64,000 nucleotides of DNA from Polyangia bacterium (GTDB taxonomy: Bacteria > Myxococcota_A > Polyangia > Fen-1088): assembly GCA_035549075.1 (NCBI GenBank), contig DASZRT010000054.1:1989-65988 (forward strand). The letters run 5' to 3'. Shown in pieces: positions 1 to 8,969 of the stretch (position 1 is the stretch's first letter; every line of letters starts with the position of its first letter). Under the pieces are notes generated by a model. It saw only the letters and a list, made by a program, of their open reading frames with translations, did not search any database and had not been told where the DNA came from. Both the position numbers and the translations under genes were made by a program.

Positions 1-22
1 AAGAGCGGCTCTTTCAGAAGCT

Positions 23-616
23 ATGACGATGGCCCACCCAAACATCGACGCGATCGTCATCGGGGGCTCGGCGGGGGCGCTCGACGTGCTGGGCGTCGTG
101 CTGCCGGCGCTGCCCGCGCCGTGCGCCGTCGCCGTCGTGATCGTCATTCATCTGCCGGCGTCGAAGCCGAGCCAACTGCCCGCCGTGCTGGGCGCGCGGA
201 CGGCGCTGCCCGTGCGCGAGATCGAGGACAAGGTGCCCGTCGCGCCCGGCGTCGTCTGGGTCGCGCCGCCCGGGTACCACGTCCTCGTCGAGCGCGATCA
301 CACCTTCGCGCTCTCGGTCGACGAGCTCGTGCACTTCTCGCGGCCGTCGATCGACGTGCTCTTCGAATCGGCGGCCGAAGCCTACGGCGCGCGCCTCGCG
401 GGCGTCCTGCTCACGGGCGCCAACGCCGACGGCGCGCGCGGCTTGCTCGCCATCGAGAACGCGGGCGGCCTCTGCTTCGTGCAGGCGCCCGCGACGGCCG
501 TGGCGCGCGCCATGCCCGAGGCCGCGCTCGCACGCGTCGGTGGCGCGCGGTCCCTCCCCGTGCCCGAGCTCGCCGCCGCGCTCGCGGGCGTCGCCCAAGT
601 GACGGAGGCCCGATGA
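23..616 (+). CDS. cheB: CheB-type protein-glutamate methylesterase catalytic domain (N-terminus may lie upstream of the window)
   Basis: 197-aa ORF with IGGSAGA (nucleophile Ser), VIVIHLP (His) and TGANADGA (Asp) segments typical of the CheB methylesterase domain. No in-frame stop between nt 2 and ATG 23. Stop overlaps the next start in ATGA at 613-616. Confidence 0.8.
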   Translation: MTMAHPNIDAIVIGGSAGALDVLGVVLPALPAPCAVAVVIVIHLPASKPSQLPAVLGARTALPVREIEDKVPVAPGVVWVAPPGYHVLVERDHTFALSVDELVHFSRPSIDVLFESAAEAYGARLAGVLLTGANADGARGLLAIENAGGLCFVQAPATAVARAMPEAALARVGGARSLPVPELAAALAGVAQVTEAR

Positions 617-2076
617 TCCAAGAGGCGATCAAGTTCCTGCTCGTCGACGACACCGACGAGAACCTCGTCGCCCTCGAGGCGCTCTTGCGGCGCGACGGGC
701 TCGAGATCTTCACGGCGCGCTCGGGCGCGCAGGCGCTGGAGCTGCTGCTGATCCACGATTTCGCGCTCGCGTTCCTCGACGTGCAGATGCCCGAGATGAA
801 CGGCTTCGAGCTGGCCGAGCTCATGCGCGGCATGGAGCGCACGAAGCACGTCCCCATCATCTTCCTCACGGCGGGCGCGCGCGATCCGCAGCGCGTGTTC
901 AAGGGCTACGAGGCCGGCGCCGTCGACTTCCTGTTCAAGCCGATCGACCCGCACATCCTGCGCAGCAAGGCCGACGTCTTCTTCCAGCTGCAGCGCCAGA
1001 AGATCGAGCTCGCCAACAACCTGCGCATGAACGAGATGTTCGTCGGCATCCTCGGCCACGACCTGCGCACGCCGCTCAGCTCGGTCGTCACGGGCGCGCA
1101 GCTGCTCGAGCGCCAGCTCGAAGACGACAAGCACCTGCGCACCGTGCGCCGCATGGTCTCGTCGGCGGCCCGCATGCGCGACATGATCGACCAGCTGCTC
1201 GACCTCACGCGCGCGCGGCTCGGCGGCGGCCTCGGCTTCGTGCGCACGCGCCGCAACGTCGACGTCACCGAGCTCGTGGGCCGCGTCGCCGACGAGGCGC
1301 GCGCGTCGACGCCCGATCGCCAGGTCACGATCGCGGGCGCGGGCGAATGCCGCACGGCCGGCGACGCGACCCGCCTGCAGCAGCTGTTCTCGAACCTGGT
1401 GACGAACGCGCTCAAGCACGGCACGCCCGGCACGCCCGTCTCCGTCGACGTCGAGGCGAGCGACGACGAGATCGTCGTGCTCGTGCGCAACGCGGGCGCG
1501 ATCCCGCCCGCGCTCTTGCCGAGGATCTTCGATCCGTTCCGCGGCAACCGCGCGACCTCGGGCTCGCAAGGCCTCGGCCTCGGGCTCTACATCTCGCAGC
1601 AGATCGCCGCCGCGCACGGCGGCACGATCGCCGTCGAGTCTTCGCCCGAGGCGGGCACGACCTTCTGCGTGCGCCTGCCGCGCAAGCTCGCCGTCGAGCG
1701 CGCGCCCGCGGGCCCGGGCGCGGGCCGCATCCTCGTCGTCGACGACGACGAGGACGTGCGCGAGGCGCTGCGCGACGCCTTCGAAGAATCGGGCTACGAG
1801 GCGCGAACGGCGACCAACGGCCAGGAGGCCCTCGCGGCGCTGCGCGACGGCTCGCCCGCGCCCGACGCCGTCATCCTCGACCTCGTCATGCCCATGATCG
1901 ACGGCGCGCGCGTCTACGCCGAGATGCAGGCCGACGCCGCGCTCGCGGGCATCCCCGTCATCATCTCGACGTCGAACCCGGCGCGCGCCCCGCGGGGCGT
2001 CGTCGTCGTGCCCAAGCCCGCGAACCTCGACCGCTTGCTGTCGACGGTCGCCGACCTCTGCCGCGAACGCCGCTGA
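613..2076 (+). CDS. Hybrid sensor histidine kinase/response regulator (REC-HisKA-HATPase-REC)
   Basis: 487 aa from ATG 613 inside the 651-aa track ORF; the upstream part is Arg/Ala-rich shadow. N-terminal receiver (LVDD...FLDVQMPEMNG), H-box GHDLRTPL, ATPase boxes (NLVTNALKH, GLGLGLYIS), C-terminal receiver (VVDDDED...ILDLVMPMIDG). No TM or sensor domain seen. Confidence 0.85.
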   Translation: MIQEAIKFLLVDDTDENLVALEALLRRDGLEIFTARSGAQALELLLIHDFALAFLDVQMPEMNGFELAELMRGMERTKHVPIIFLTAGARDPQRVFKGYEAGAVDFLFKPIDPHILRSKADVFFQLQRQKIELANNLRMNEMFVGILGHDLRTPLSSVVTGAQLLERQLEDDKHLRTVRRMVSSAARMRDMIDQLLDLTRARLGGGLGFVRTRRNVDVTELVGRVADEARASTPDRQVTIAGAGECRTAGDATRLQQLFSNLVTNALKHGTPGTPVSVDVEASDDEIVVLVRNAGAIPPALLPRIFDPFRGNRATSGSQGLGLGLYISQQIAAAHGGTIAVESSPEAGTTFCVRLPRKLAVERAPAGPGAGRILVVDDDEDVREALRDAFEESGYEARTATNGQEALAALRDGSPAPDAVILDLVMPMIDGARVYAEMQADAALAGIPVIISTSNPARAPRGVVVVPKPANLDRLLSTVADLCRERR

Positions 2077-2079
2077 GGG

Positions 2080-3270
2080 CTACGCCCTGACGTTGCAGAA
2101 CGCCTGGTAGTCGATGAGCTCGATGTTCTCGGGCTTGATGCCCGTGCCGCACGTGGGGCAGTTCGGATCGTGCGGCCGCTTGAACTCGCGGAACTTCAGG
2201 TTGAGCGCGTCGAACGCCAGCGTGCGGCTCGAGAGCGGCTTGCCGATGCCCAGCAACACCTTGATCGCCTCGACCGTCTGCAGTGAGCCGATGACGCCGC
2301 AGAGCACGCCGAGCACGCCCGCCTCCTGGCAGGACGGCGCCATGTCGGGGGGCGGCGGCTCGGGGTACAGGCAGCGGTAGCAGCCCTGGCCCGGGATGAA
2401 CGACGTCACCTGGCCCTCGAAGCGGTAGATGCTGCCGTGGATGATCGGCTTGCCCAGCTTGAGCGCGGCGTCGTTCAGCAGGTAACGCGTCGGAAAGTTG
2501 TCGGCGCCGTCGACGATGAGGTCGTAGTCCTTGATGATGTCGAGGACGTTGCTCGAGTCGAGCCGCGTCTGGTGCCCGATGACCTTGACGTCGGGGTTGA
2601 GCTTCGCGATGGCGATCTTCGCGGACTCGACCTTGGGCAGGCCGACCCGGTCCGTCGCGTGCAGGATCTGGCGCTGCAGGTTCGACGCGTCGACGGTGTC
2701 GTCGTCGACGAAGCCGATCGTGCCGACGCCCGCGGCCGCGAGGTAGAGCCCCGCCGGCGATCCGAGGCCGCCGGCGCCGAGGCACAGCACCTTCGACTTG
2801 AGCAGCTTCACCTGCCCCGCCTCGCCCATCTCCGGCAGCATCGTGTGCCGCGCGTAACGGAGCGACTGCTCCTGCGTCATGACGTAGGGGCGATCGAACG
2901 TGAGGCCGGCGCGCTTCCACGCCGAGAACCCGCCCGCCATCGACTTGACGTTGGTGTAGCCGAGGTCCTCGAGCGACTTCGCCGCGAGCGCCGAGCGCGT
3001 GCCGCCCGCGCAATAGAGGACGATCTCGGCCGAGCGCTCGGGGACCTGGTCCTCGATGCGCTGCTCGAGGAAGCCGCGCGAGATCCACCGCGCGCCGGGG
3101 ATGTAGCCCTCGGTCCACTCGTCCTTCTCGCGCACGTCGATGAGGATGGGGCCGTGGCCGTTGCCGTCGCCCGACTGGCCCTTCGCGGCCTCGACCACCT
3201 TGCGGACCGACTCCACGTCGGTCTCGCGAATCTTCGATTTCACGTCCTTGAGGAAGCTGCCAAAGCTCAT
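2080..3270 (-). CDS. Rhodanese-ThiF/MoeB family adenylyltransferase/sulfurtransferase (rhodanese domain N-terminal)
   Basis: 396 aa from ATG 3270 (AGGAG 10 nt upstream). Rhodanese active-site loop YCAGGTRS, then ThiF-type GAGGLGSP nucleotide loop, NLQRQ motif and CYRC...CPTC zinc pairs. Confidence 0.85.
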   Translation of the reverse strand: MSFGSFLKDVKSKIRETDVESVRKVVEAAKGQSGDGNGHGPILIDVREKDEWTEGYIPGARWISRGFLEQRIEDQVPERSAEIVLYCAGGTRSALAAKSLEDLGYTNVKSMAGGFSAWKRAGLTFDRPYVMTQEQSLRYARHTMLPEMGEAGQVKLLKSKVLCLGAGGLGSPAGLYLAAAGVGTIGFVDDDTVDASNLQRQILHATDRVGLPKVESAKIAIAKLNPDVKVIGHQTRLDSSNVLDIIKDYDLIVDGADNFPTRYLLNDAALKLGKPIIHGSIYRFEGQVTSFIPGQGCYRCLYPEPPPPDMAPSCQEAGVLGVLCGVIGSLQTVEAIKVLLGIGKPLSSRTLAFDALNLKFREFKRPHDPNCPTCGTGIKPENIELIDYQAFCNVRA

Positions 3271-3370
3271 GATGTCCTGACTCCTGGGATACAACAGATG
3301 ACGCGCGGGGGGGCGCGGTGACACGAAGGGGGCATTTTCGGGTGGCGCCGACCCGGGATCAAGGGATCGG

Positions 3371-3399
3371 TTGGCGTTCGAGGCGCACTGCCCTATACT
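3371..3399 (+). promoter_or_regulatory. Putative sigma70-type promoter of erpA
   Basis: TTGGCG (3371-3376), 17-nt spacer, TATACT (3394-3399). AAGGAG at 3416-3421 precedes ATG 3427. Confidence 0.4.
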
Positions 3400-3426
3400 T
3401 TCGCTCGGTTTTCACAAGGAGACGCG

Positions 3427-3822
3427 ATGTCAGTCGGAGCCCTCGAGACCCAGACCGAGACCCAGAACGCCCCCGCCACGAACGACGCCGAGCAGCAGCT
3501 CGTGCTGCTGTCGGACAAGGCGGCTGAGAAGGTCCGCGAGATCCGCGCCGAGGAGAACATCGAGGACACCTACGCGCTGCGCCTCAAGGTTCAGGGCGGC
3601 GGCTGCTCGGGCTTCTCGTACGACCTCTACTTCGACCAGGCGCAAGAGACGGACCGCCCGTTCGACGTCAAGGGCGTCAAGCTCATCTGCGACGAGATGA
3701 GCCTCATGTACCTCGTCGGCACCGAGATCGATTACGTGGAGGGCCTCCACGGCGCCGGGTTCAAGTTCAACAACCCGAACGTCAAGTCGACCTGCGGCTG
3801 CGGCTCGTCTTTCTCGGTCTGA
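3427..3822 (+). CDS. erpA: Iron-sulfur cluster insertion protein, HesB/IscA/ErpA family
   Basis: 131 aa. GGGCSGFSY and C-terminal CGCGSSF cluster-ligand motifs; good RBS. Confidence 0.85.
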   Translation: MSVGALETQTETQNAPATNDAEQQLVLLSDKAAEKVREIRAEENIEDTYALRLKVQGGGCSGFSYDLYFDQAQETDRPFDVKGVKLICDEMSLMYLVGTEIDYVEGLHGAGFKFNNPNVKSTCGCGSSFSV

Positions 3823-3829
3823 TCTAATC

Positions 3830-3848
3830 GGGACCCTGAGAGGGTCCC
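3830..3848 (+). terminator. Stem-loop after erpA (GGGACCCT-GAG-AGGGTCCC)
   Basis: Perfect 8-bp stem 8 nt after the stop. No U-tract, as is common in high-GC genomes. Confidence 0.4.
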
Positions 3849-3930
3849 GAACCCCCGGCGCTCGCTCCGCGCGGCGAAGCCGCGCTACGCTCGGGTGGGC
3901 AGCGCTCCCGGTCGCGAGTAAGCTCGGCGC

Positions 3931-5310
3931 GTGACTGACGTCGCCGAGCTTTTTTCGCGTGAATTGGGGGCGGGCCGCGTGTTGCGGACGCCCGAGGCGC
4001 GCGAGACCTATGGGCGGGACGAATCGGGGCGCGGGTTCTTTCCCCCCGACGCAGCGGTCTTGGTCGAGTCGCGCGCCGAGATCGAGCTCGTGCTGCGCCT
4101 CGCCGCCGAGCACGGCGTCCCGGTGACGCCGCGCGGGACGGGCACGGGCATGACGGGCGGCGCGCTGCCCGTGCGCGGCGGCCTCGTGCTGTCGACCGAG
4201 CGCATGAAGCGCGTGCTCGACATCAGCCTCGACGACCGCATCGCCATCGTCGAGCCAGGCGTCGTCAACGGCGACCTGCAAGCCGCCGTCGAGGCGCAGG
4301 GCATGTTCTACCCGCCCGACCCTGCGAGCCTCGCGATGTGCTCGCTGGGCGGCAACGTCGCCGAGAACGCGGGCGGACCGCGCGCCTTCAAGTACGGCGT
4401 CACGCGCGACTGGACGTTGGGGCTCGTCGTGACGCTCATGGGCGGCGAGACGCTGCGCCTCGGCCGCAAGACGCCCAAGGGCGTGACGGGCTACGACCTC
4501 ACGGCGCTGTTCGTGGGCAGCGAGGGCACGTTCGGCGTCACGTCCGAAATCACGGTGCGACTCGTGGGAAGGCCCGAGGGCGTGGGCACGCTGGTCGCGA
4601 TCATGCCGGACGCGATGTCGGCGGGCCGGGCCGTCAGCGCCATCATCCGCAAGGGCTACCGGCCGCGCGCGCTCGAGCTCATGGACAAAGCGACGATCGA
4701 TCACGTACGCCCGAAGGCGGCGTTCACGTTCCCCGAGGGGGCGGGCGCGATCGTCCTCATCGAGCTCGACGGCGAGCCCGAGAGCATGCAGGCGAGCGTC
4801 GAGCGCTGCGGCGGGGTGTGCGAAGAGCTGGGCGCGCGCGACGTCATCCTCGCGCGCGACGACGCCGACCGCGAGCGCCTGTGGGCCGCGCGCCGCGGCT
4901 GCTCGAAGGCGCTGCGCTCGGCGCACGCGTTCAAGCTGTCGGAGGACGTCGTCGTGCCGCCCGGGTCGATCGCCGAGATGCTCGCGCGCGTCGACGGCAT
5001 CGCTGCGAAGGAGCGGCTGCTGACGGCGACGTTCGGCCACGCCGGCGACGGCAACTTGCACGTCAACGTCCTCACCGACGAGGACCACCGCGATCCAGCC
5101 GTCGCGGCGCGCATCCAAAGCGCGCTCGCCGGCGTGTTCCGCGCGGCGCTCGATCTCGGCGGCACGCTGTCGGGCGAGCACGGCATCGGCATCTCGAAGG
5201 CCCGCTACATGGCGTGGGAGCAGTCGGCCGAGGTCATCGACTGGCAGAAGCGGCTCAAGCGCATGTGGGATCCGAAGAACCTGCTGAACCCCGGCAAGAT
5301 CTTCGAGTGA
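3931..5310 (+). CDS. FAD-linked oxidase (GlcD / D-lactate dehydrogenase family)
   Basis: 459 aa, GTG start. FAD-binding PCMH-type N-terminus (PRGTGTGMTGGALP) and C-terminal GGTLSGEHGIG motif. Confidence 0.85.
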   Translation: MTDVAELFSRELGAGRVLRTPEARETYGRDESGRGFFPPDAAVLVESRAEIELVLRLAAEHGVPVTPRGTGTGMTGGALPVRGGLVLSTERMKRVLDISLDDRIAIVEPGVVNGDLQAAVEAQGMFYPPDPASLAMCSLGGNVAENAGGPRAFKYGVTRDWTLGLVVTLMGGETLRLGRKTPKGVTGYDLTALFVGSEGTFGVTSEITVRLVGRPEGVGTLVAIMPDAMSAGRAVSAIIRKGYRPRALELMDKATIDHVRPKAAFTFPEGAGAIVLIELDGEPESMQASVERCGGVCEELGARDVILARDDADRERLWAARRGCSKALRSAHAFKLSEDVVVPPGSIAEMLARVDGIAAKERLLTATFGHAGDGNLHVNVLTDEDHRDPAVAARIQSALAGVFRAALDLGGTLSGEHGIGISKARYMAWEQSAEVIDWQKRLKRMWDPKNLLNPGKIFE

Positions 5311-5324
5311 ACAAGATCTCTGAA

Positions 5325-5352
5325 CCCTGCTGACAGGAGGCTGTCAGCAGGG
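5325..5352 (+). terminator. Stem-loop after the oxidase gene (12-bp perfect stem, GAGG loop)
   Basis: CCCTGCTGACAG-GAGG-CTGTCAGCAGGG, 15 nt downstream of the stop. Confidence 0.45.
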
Positions 5353-5408
5353 GGTCGCTAGGGTGTGTCTCGCGCCGACGGAAGGCGCCAAGGACCAAGG
5401 AGACCACC

Positions 5409-5795
5409 ATGTCGAACCCGTTCACGTACGCCGAGCTGCACACGAAGGATCCCGCCGCCGCCAAGACGTTCTACCGCCAGCTCTTCGACTGGAAGATGAG
5501 CGACCACGAGAACCCCAAGGGCACGTACACCGAGATCGATCTCGGCGAGGGCTTCCCCGCCGGGCTCGTCGCGACGGGCGTGAAGCTCGAAGGCGCCGCC
5601 AAGCTCGACGCCGTGATGTCGCACTGGCTGCCCTACATCCGCGTCGCCGACGTCGCGTCGGCCACGACGCGCGCCAAGACGCTGGGCGCGTCGGCCGTCG
5701 AGGAGATGGTCGAGATCCCCGAGGGCAAGTTCAGCGTGCTGGTCGATCCGACGGGCGCGCCGTTCGGGCTTTTTCAGCCAGCGCAGAAAGGATGA
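5409..5795 (+). CDS. VOC (glyoxalase/bleomycin-resistance/dioxygenase) family protein
   Basis: 128 aa with AAGGAG RBS. Layout and motifs (YAELHTKDP...FYRQLFDW...PYIRVADV...FSVLVDPTGAPFGLF) typical of small VOC proteins. Confidence 0.75.
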   Translation: MSNPFTYAELHTKDPAAAKTFYRQLFDWKMSDHENPKGTYTEIDLGEGFPAGLVATGVKLEGAAKLDAVMSHWLPYIRVADVASATTRAKTLGASAVEEMVEIPEGKFSVLVDPTGAPFGLFQPAQKG

Positions 5796-5819
5796 CGTGG
5801 GCGGTACACTGCGGCCGCC

Positions 5820-6509
5820 GTGCGCCGCGCCGATCGCCTGTTCCAGATCGTGCAGCGCCTTCGCGGGCGCGGCCCCGTCACGGCGGCCACGCTCGCGCGG
5901 GAGCTCGAGGTCTCGCCGCGCACGATTTACCGTGACGTCCAGGACCTCGTGGTCTCGGGCGTCCCGGTGCTCGGCGAGGCGGGCGTCGGGTACGCCCTGC
6001 CGAAGAGCTTCGATCTCCCGCCGCTGATGTTCGACGAGGACGAGATCGAGGCGCTCGTGCTCGGGGCGCGCATCGTCGAGAGCTGGGCCGACGCCGCGCT
6101 CGCGCGGGCCGCGCGCAACGTCCTCTCGAAGGTCGAGGTCGTGCTGCCGCCGCGCCTGCGGGATCGCATCCCCGACGCCGCGCTCTTCGCGCCCGGCTTC
6201 GGCGTCCGAAAGGCCACGAGCGCCGGGCTCTCCGAGCTGCGCGGCGCCATCAAGTCGCGCCGCAAGGTCGCGCTCGCGTACAAGGACCGCGCCGAATCAT
6301 CGACGGCGCGCACCGTGCAACCGCTGGGCGTCTTCTATTGGGGCGCCTCGTGGTCGCTCGGGGCGTGGTGCGAGCTGCGGCGCGACTTCCGCAACTTCCG
6401 CCTCGATCGCGTCACGAAGCTCGAGGTGCTCGACGAAACCTTCGCCGCCGAGCCCGGCCGCACGTTGAAAGACTTCTTCCAGCAGTACGAAGACGAGGCG
6501 CGCCGCTGA
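5820..6509 (+). CDS. YafY-family transcriptional regulator (HTH + WYL domain)
   Basis: 229 aa. N-terminal RADRLFQIVQRLR...TIYRDVQDL HTH, and a C-terminal WYL-like region (VQPLGVFYWGASWSLGAWCELRRDFRNFRLDRV). Confidence 0.85.
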   Translation: MRRADRLFQIVQRLRGRGPVTAATLARELEVSPRTIYRDVQDLVVSGVPVLGEAGVGYALPKSFDLPPLMFDEDEIEALVLGARIVESWADAALARAARNVLSKVEVVLPPRLRDRIPDAALFAPGFGVRKATSAGLSELRGAIKSRRKVALAYKDRAESSTARTVQPLGVFYWGASWSLGAWCELRRDFRNFRLDRVTKLEVLDETFAAEPGRTLKDFFQQYEDEARR

Positions 6510-6529
6510 CCACGCGCTAACATGACGGC

Positions 6530-7780
6530 GTGTCGCTGTTCGCCGTGCTGTCGCTCGTCCTCGCGCTCGCGGCGCTGTTCAGCTACGTCAACCACCGCTT
6601 CATCGGCCTCCCGACGACGATCGGGGTGACGCTCATCGCGCTGCTGATGTCGCTGGCGCTCATCGGCGCCGACGCCGCGGGCTTGCCGGCGCGCGCCGCC
6701 GCGATCTCCGTCGTGGGCCGGCTCGACTTCCGCGCGATCGTGCTCGATTGGATGTTGCCTCTCTTGCTGTTTGCGGGCGCGCTGAGCGTAGACCTCGAGC
6801 AGATCATCGGACAGAAGCGCAGCATCGCGCTGCTCGCGACCGCGGGCGTCGTCGTCTCGACGGCCCTCGTGGGCGCGATGACGTGGGCGCTCGGGCGCTC
6901 GCTGGGCCTCGGCATCGATCCCGTCGAGAGCTTGCTCTTCGGAGCGCTCATCTCGCCGACCGATCCCATCGCCGTGCTCGGCATCCTGCGCGGCGCGCGC
7001 GCGCCCAAGGCGCTCGAGGCGCAGATCGCGGGTGAGTCGCTCTTCAACGACGGCGTCGCCGTCGCGCTGTTCGCGCTGCTGCTCGAGGTCGCCGTGTCCG
7101 AGCACGGCCCCGCGGGCGTGCGGCTCGGCGAGGTCGCGCTCGTCTTCGCGCGCGAGGTCGGCGGCAGCGTCGCGCTCGGGTGGGGCGTGGGCTGGCTCGC
7201 CTTCGCGCTCCTCCGCTCCGTCGACGACTACCACGTCGAGGTCTTGCTGACGCTCGCGCTCGCGCTCGGCCTCTACGGCCTCGCGAGCGGGCTCCACACG
7301 TCGGGGCCGCTCGCCGTCGTCGTCGCGGGCCTGCTCATCGGCGGGCGCGGCCGCGCGCAGGCGATGTCGCCGCGCACCATCCAGCACCTCGACACGTTCT
7401 GGGAGCTGGTCGACGAGATCCTCAACGTGCTGCTCTTCGTGCTCATCGGTTTCCAGGTCCTCGTCGTCCACCTGTCGCGCGGGCTGTTGCTCGTCGGGCT
7501 CGCCGCCGTCGTCGTCGTGCTGGCGGCGCGCGCGCTCAGCGTCGGCGCGGCCGTGCTCGCGCTGCGGCGGTTTCAGACCTTCGCGCCCCACACGGTCAAG
7601 ATCCTCACCTGGGGCGGCCTGCGTGGCGGGCTGTCGATCGCGCTCGCGCTGTCGCTCGGCCCCGAGATCGCCGGTGTTCACACGATCCAGGCCGCGACCT
7701 ACGTCGTCGCCGTCTTCTCGATCGCCGTCCAGGGCCTGACGTTCGGCCGCCTCGTGCGCGCGACGACGCGCGCACCTTGA
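6530..7780 (+). CDS. Cation:proton (Na+/H+) antiporter, CPA1/NhaP-like
   Basis: 416 aa, polytopic membrane protein, with the LISPTDPIAVLGIL motif characteristic of NhaP-type exchangers. Confidence 0.85.
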   Translation: MSLFAVLSLVLALAALFSYVNHRFIGLPTTIGVTLIALLMSLALIGADAAGLPARAAAISVVGRLDFRAIVLDWMLPLLLFAGALSVDLEQIIGQKRSIALLATAGVVVSTALVGAMTWALGRSLGLGIDPVESLLFGALISPTDPIAVLGILRGARAPKALEAQIAGESLFNDGVAVALFALLLEVAVSEHGPAGVRLGEVALVFAREVGGSVALGWGVGWLAFALLRSVDDYHVEVLLTLALALGLYGLASGLHTSGPLAVVVAGLLIGGRGRAQAMSPRTIQHLDTFWELVDEILNVLLFVLIGFQVLVVHLSRGLLLVGLAAVVVVLAARALSVGAAVLALRRFQTFAPHTVKILTWGGLRGGLSIALALSLGPEIAGVHTIQAATYVVAVFSIAVQGLTFGRLVRATTRAP

Positions 7781-7800
7781 TGTCGATTTGACGAGATCAA

Positions 7801-8205
7801 CTACTTGATCTCGACGCCCTCGTCTTCTTTGACGCGCTCGATCTTCGCCTGACAATCGGCGCGGATCTGCGAGCGCATCTGCGCCGACGAGTCGTGCACC
7901 GATTCGTCGACGACGTCCTTCTGCATCTTGCACTTGAGGCCCGCGGGGTCCTTCTTGCAGTAGTGGTCGAGGACCTTCTCGCACGGGTTCTTCTTGTCCT
8001 CGACCATCGTCATGATGAGGACCGTGAGCCCCGCGAGCGCCGCGCCGAGCACGACCGCCTTGAAGAGCCGGTGACGCCGCCGGTACCTGTAGATGTCGAC
8101 GTCGTCGACGGCGTCACGACCTTCGGGCGCCGGGCGCTTGCCCCCGCCCGCGCGCGCGAGCTCCACGTCCATGTCTTCGAGCTCGTCGTCTTTATTGGCC
8201 GCCAC
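7801..8205 (-). CDS. Hypothetical single-pass membrane protein
   Basis: 134 aa. Acidic N-terminus, one TM (AVVLGAALAGLTVLIMTMV), Cys/Lys-rich C-terminal domain. No family recognised. Confidence 0.5.
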   Translation of the reverse strand: MAANKDDELEDMDVELARAGGGKRPAPEGRDAVDDVDIYRYRRRHRLFKAVVLGAALAGLTVLIMTMVEDKKNPCEKVLDHYCKKDPAGLKCKMQKDVVDESVHDSSAQMRSQIRADCQAKIERVKEDEGVEIK

Positions 8206-8230
8206 GGCCCGATGCTATAACGCCGGGCCA

Positions 8231-8962
8231 GTGAAGGCGAAGACCAAGGCCAAGACCAAGCCGATGACGGCGCGCGCGCGCGTCGTCACCAAGGCGACGC
8301 GCAAGCCGCGTCGCGGGCCGTGGCCGCCCGACCCCGCGCGCGTGCGCTCGCTGCTCGACGGCCTCGAGGAGCTCTACCCCGACGTCGACTGCGAGCTCGA
8401 CCGCGAGACGCCCTTCCAGCTCGTCGCCGCGACGATCCTGTCCGCGCAGTGCACCGACGAGCGCGTCAACATGGTCACGCCCTCGCTCTTCAAGGCCTAC
8501 GGAACGCCGCAGTCGATGGCGAAGGCGCCGCTGCCCAAGCTCGAAGAGATCATCCGGTCGACCGGCTTCTTTCGCGCCAAGGCGAAGAGCCTCAAGGGCA
8601 TGGCGACCATGCTCGTCGAGAAGTTCGGCGGCGAGGTGCCGCGCACGCTCGCCGAGCTGGTTCAGCTGCCCGGCGTCGCGCGCAAGACCGCGGGCGTCGT
8701 CCTCGGCACGGCCTACGGCCTCGCCGAGAACGTCGTCGTCGACACCCACGTCCAGCGCCTCGCGATGCGCCTCGGCCTCACGCGCTCGCCCGACGTGAAG
8801 AAGATCGAGCAAGACCTCATGAAGGTCGTGCCGCAGGAGAACTGGATCCGCTTCTCCCACCAGGTGATCTGGCACGGCCGCCGCGTCTGCTTCGCCCGCA
8901 AGCCCGTCTGCGAGACCTGCACCCTCGCCGCCTTCTGCCCCAGCGCCGGCCTCGAGACCTGA
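8231..8962 (+). CDS. nth: Endonuclease III (DNA glycosylase/AP lyase)
   Basis: HhH-GPD core (LVATILSAQCTDERVN, LPGVARKTAGVV) and C-x6-C-x2-C-x5-C cluster loop (CFARKPVCETCTLAAFC). Start is GTG 8231 or ATG 8264; the longer track ORF overlaps the neighbouring gene. Confidence 0.9.
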   Translation: MKAKTKAKTKPMTARARVVTKATRKPRRGPWPPDPARVRSLLDGLEELYPDVDCELDRETPFQLVAATILSAQCTDERVNMVTPSLFKAYGTPQSMAKAPLPKLEEIIRSTGFFRAKAKSLKGMATMLVEKFGGEVPRTLAELVQLPGVARKTAGVVLGTAYGLAENVVVDTHVQRLAMRLGLTRSPDVKKIEQDLMKVVPQENWIRFSHQVIWHGRRVCFARKPVCETCTLAAFCPSAGLET

Positions 8963-8969
8963 GGTCGGG

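Noticed and set aside
382-1617. Long ORFs antisense to or out of frame with the called genes. Examples: 382..1617 (-), 3430..5181 (-), 9389..11974 (+), 34942..37563 (-), 41205..43772 (-), 52053..56663 (+), 14874..16319 (-).
   Set aside because: Their translations are Arg/Ala/Gly/Pro-rich low-complexity strings typical of shadow frames in ~70% GC DNA. Each overlaps a gene with clear family motifs in another frame.
5296-5318. Short inverted repeat AGATCTT...AAGATCT spanning the oxidase stop codon.
   Set aside because: It is a 7-bp AT-containing stem overlapping coding sequence. The stronger 12-bp hairpin at 5325-5352 better explains termination.
8093-8230. N-terminal extension of the nth ORF (Ser/Ala-rich, starting at 8093).
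   Set aside because: It overlaps the convergent-looking gene 7801..8205 on the other strand and has shadow-frame composition. Endonuclease III homology starts only after about residue 60.
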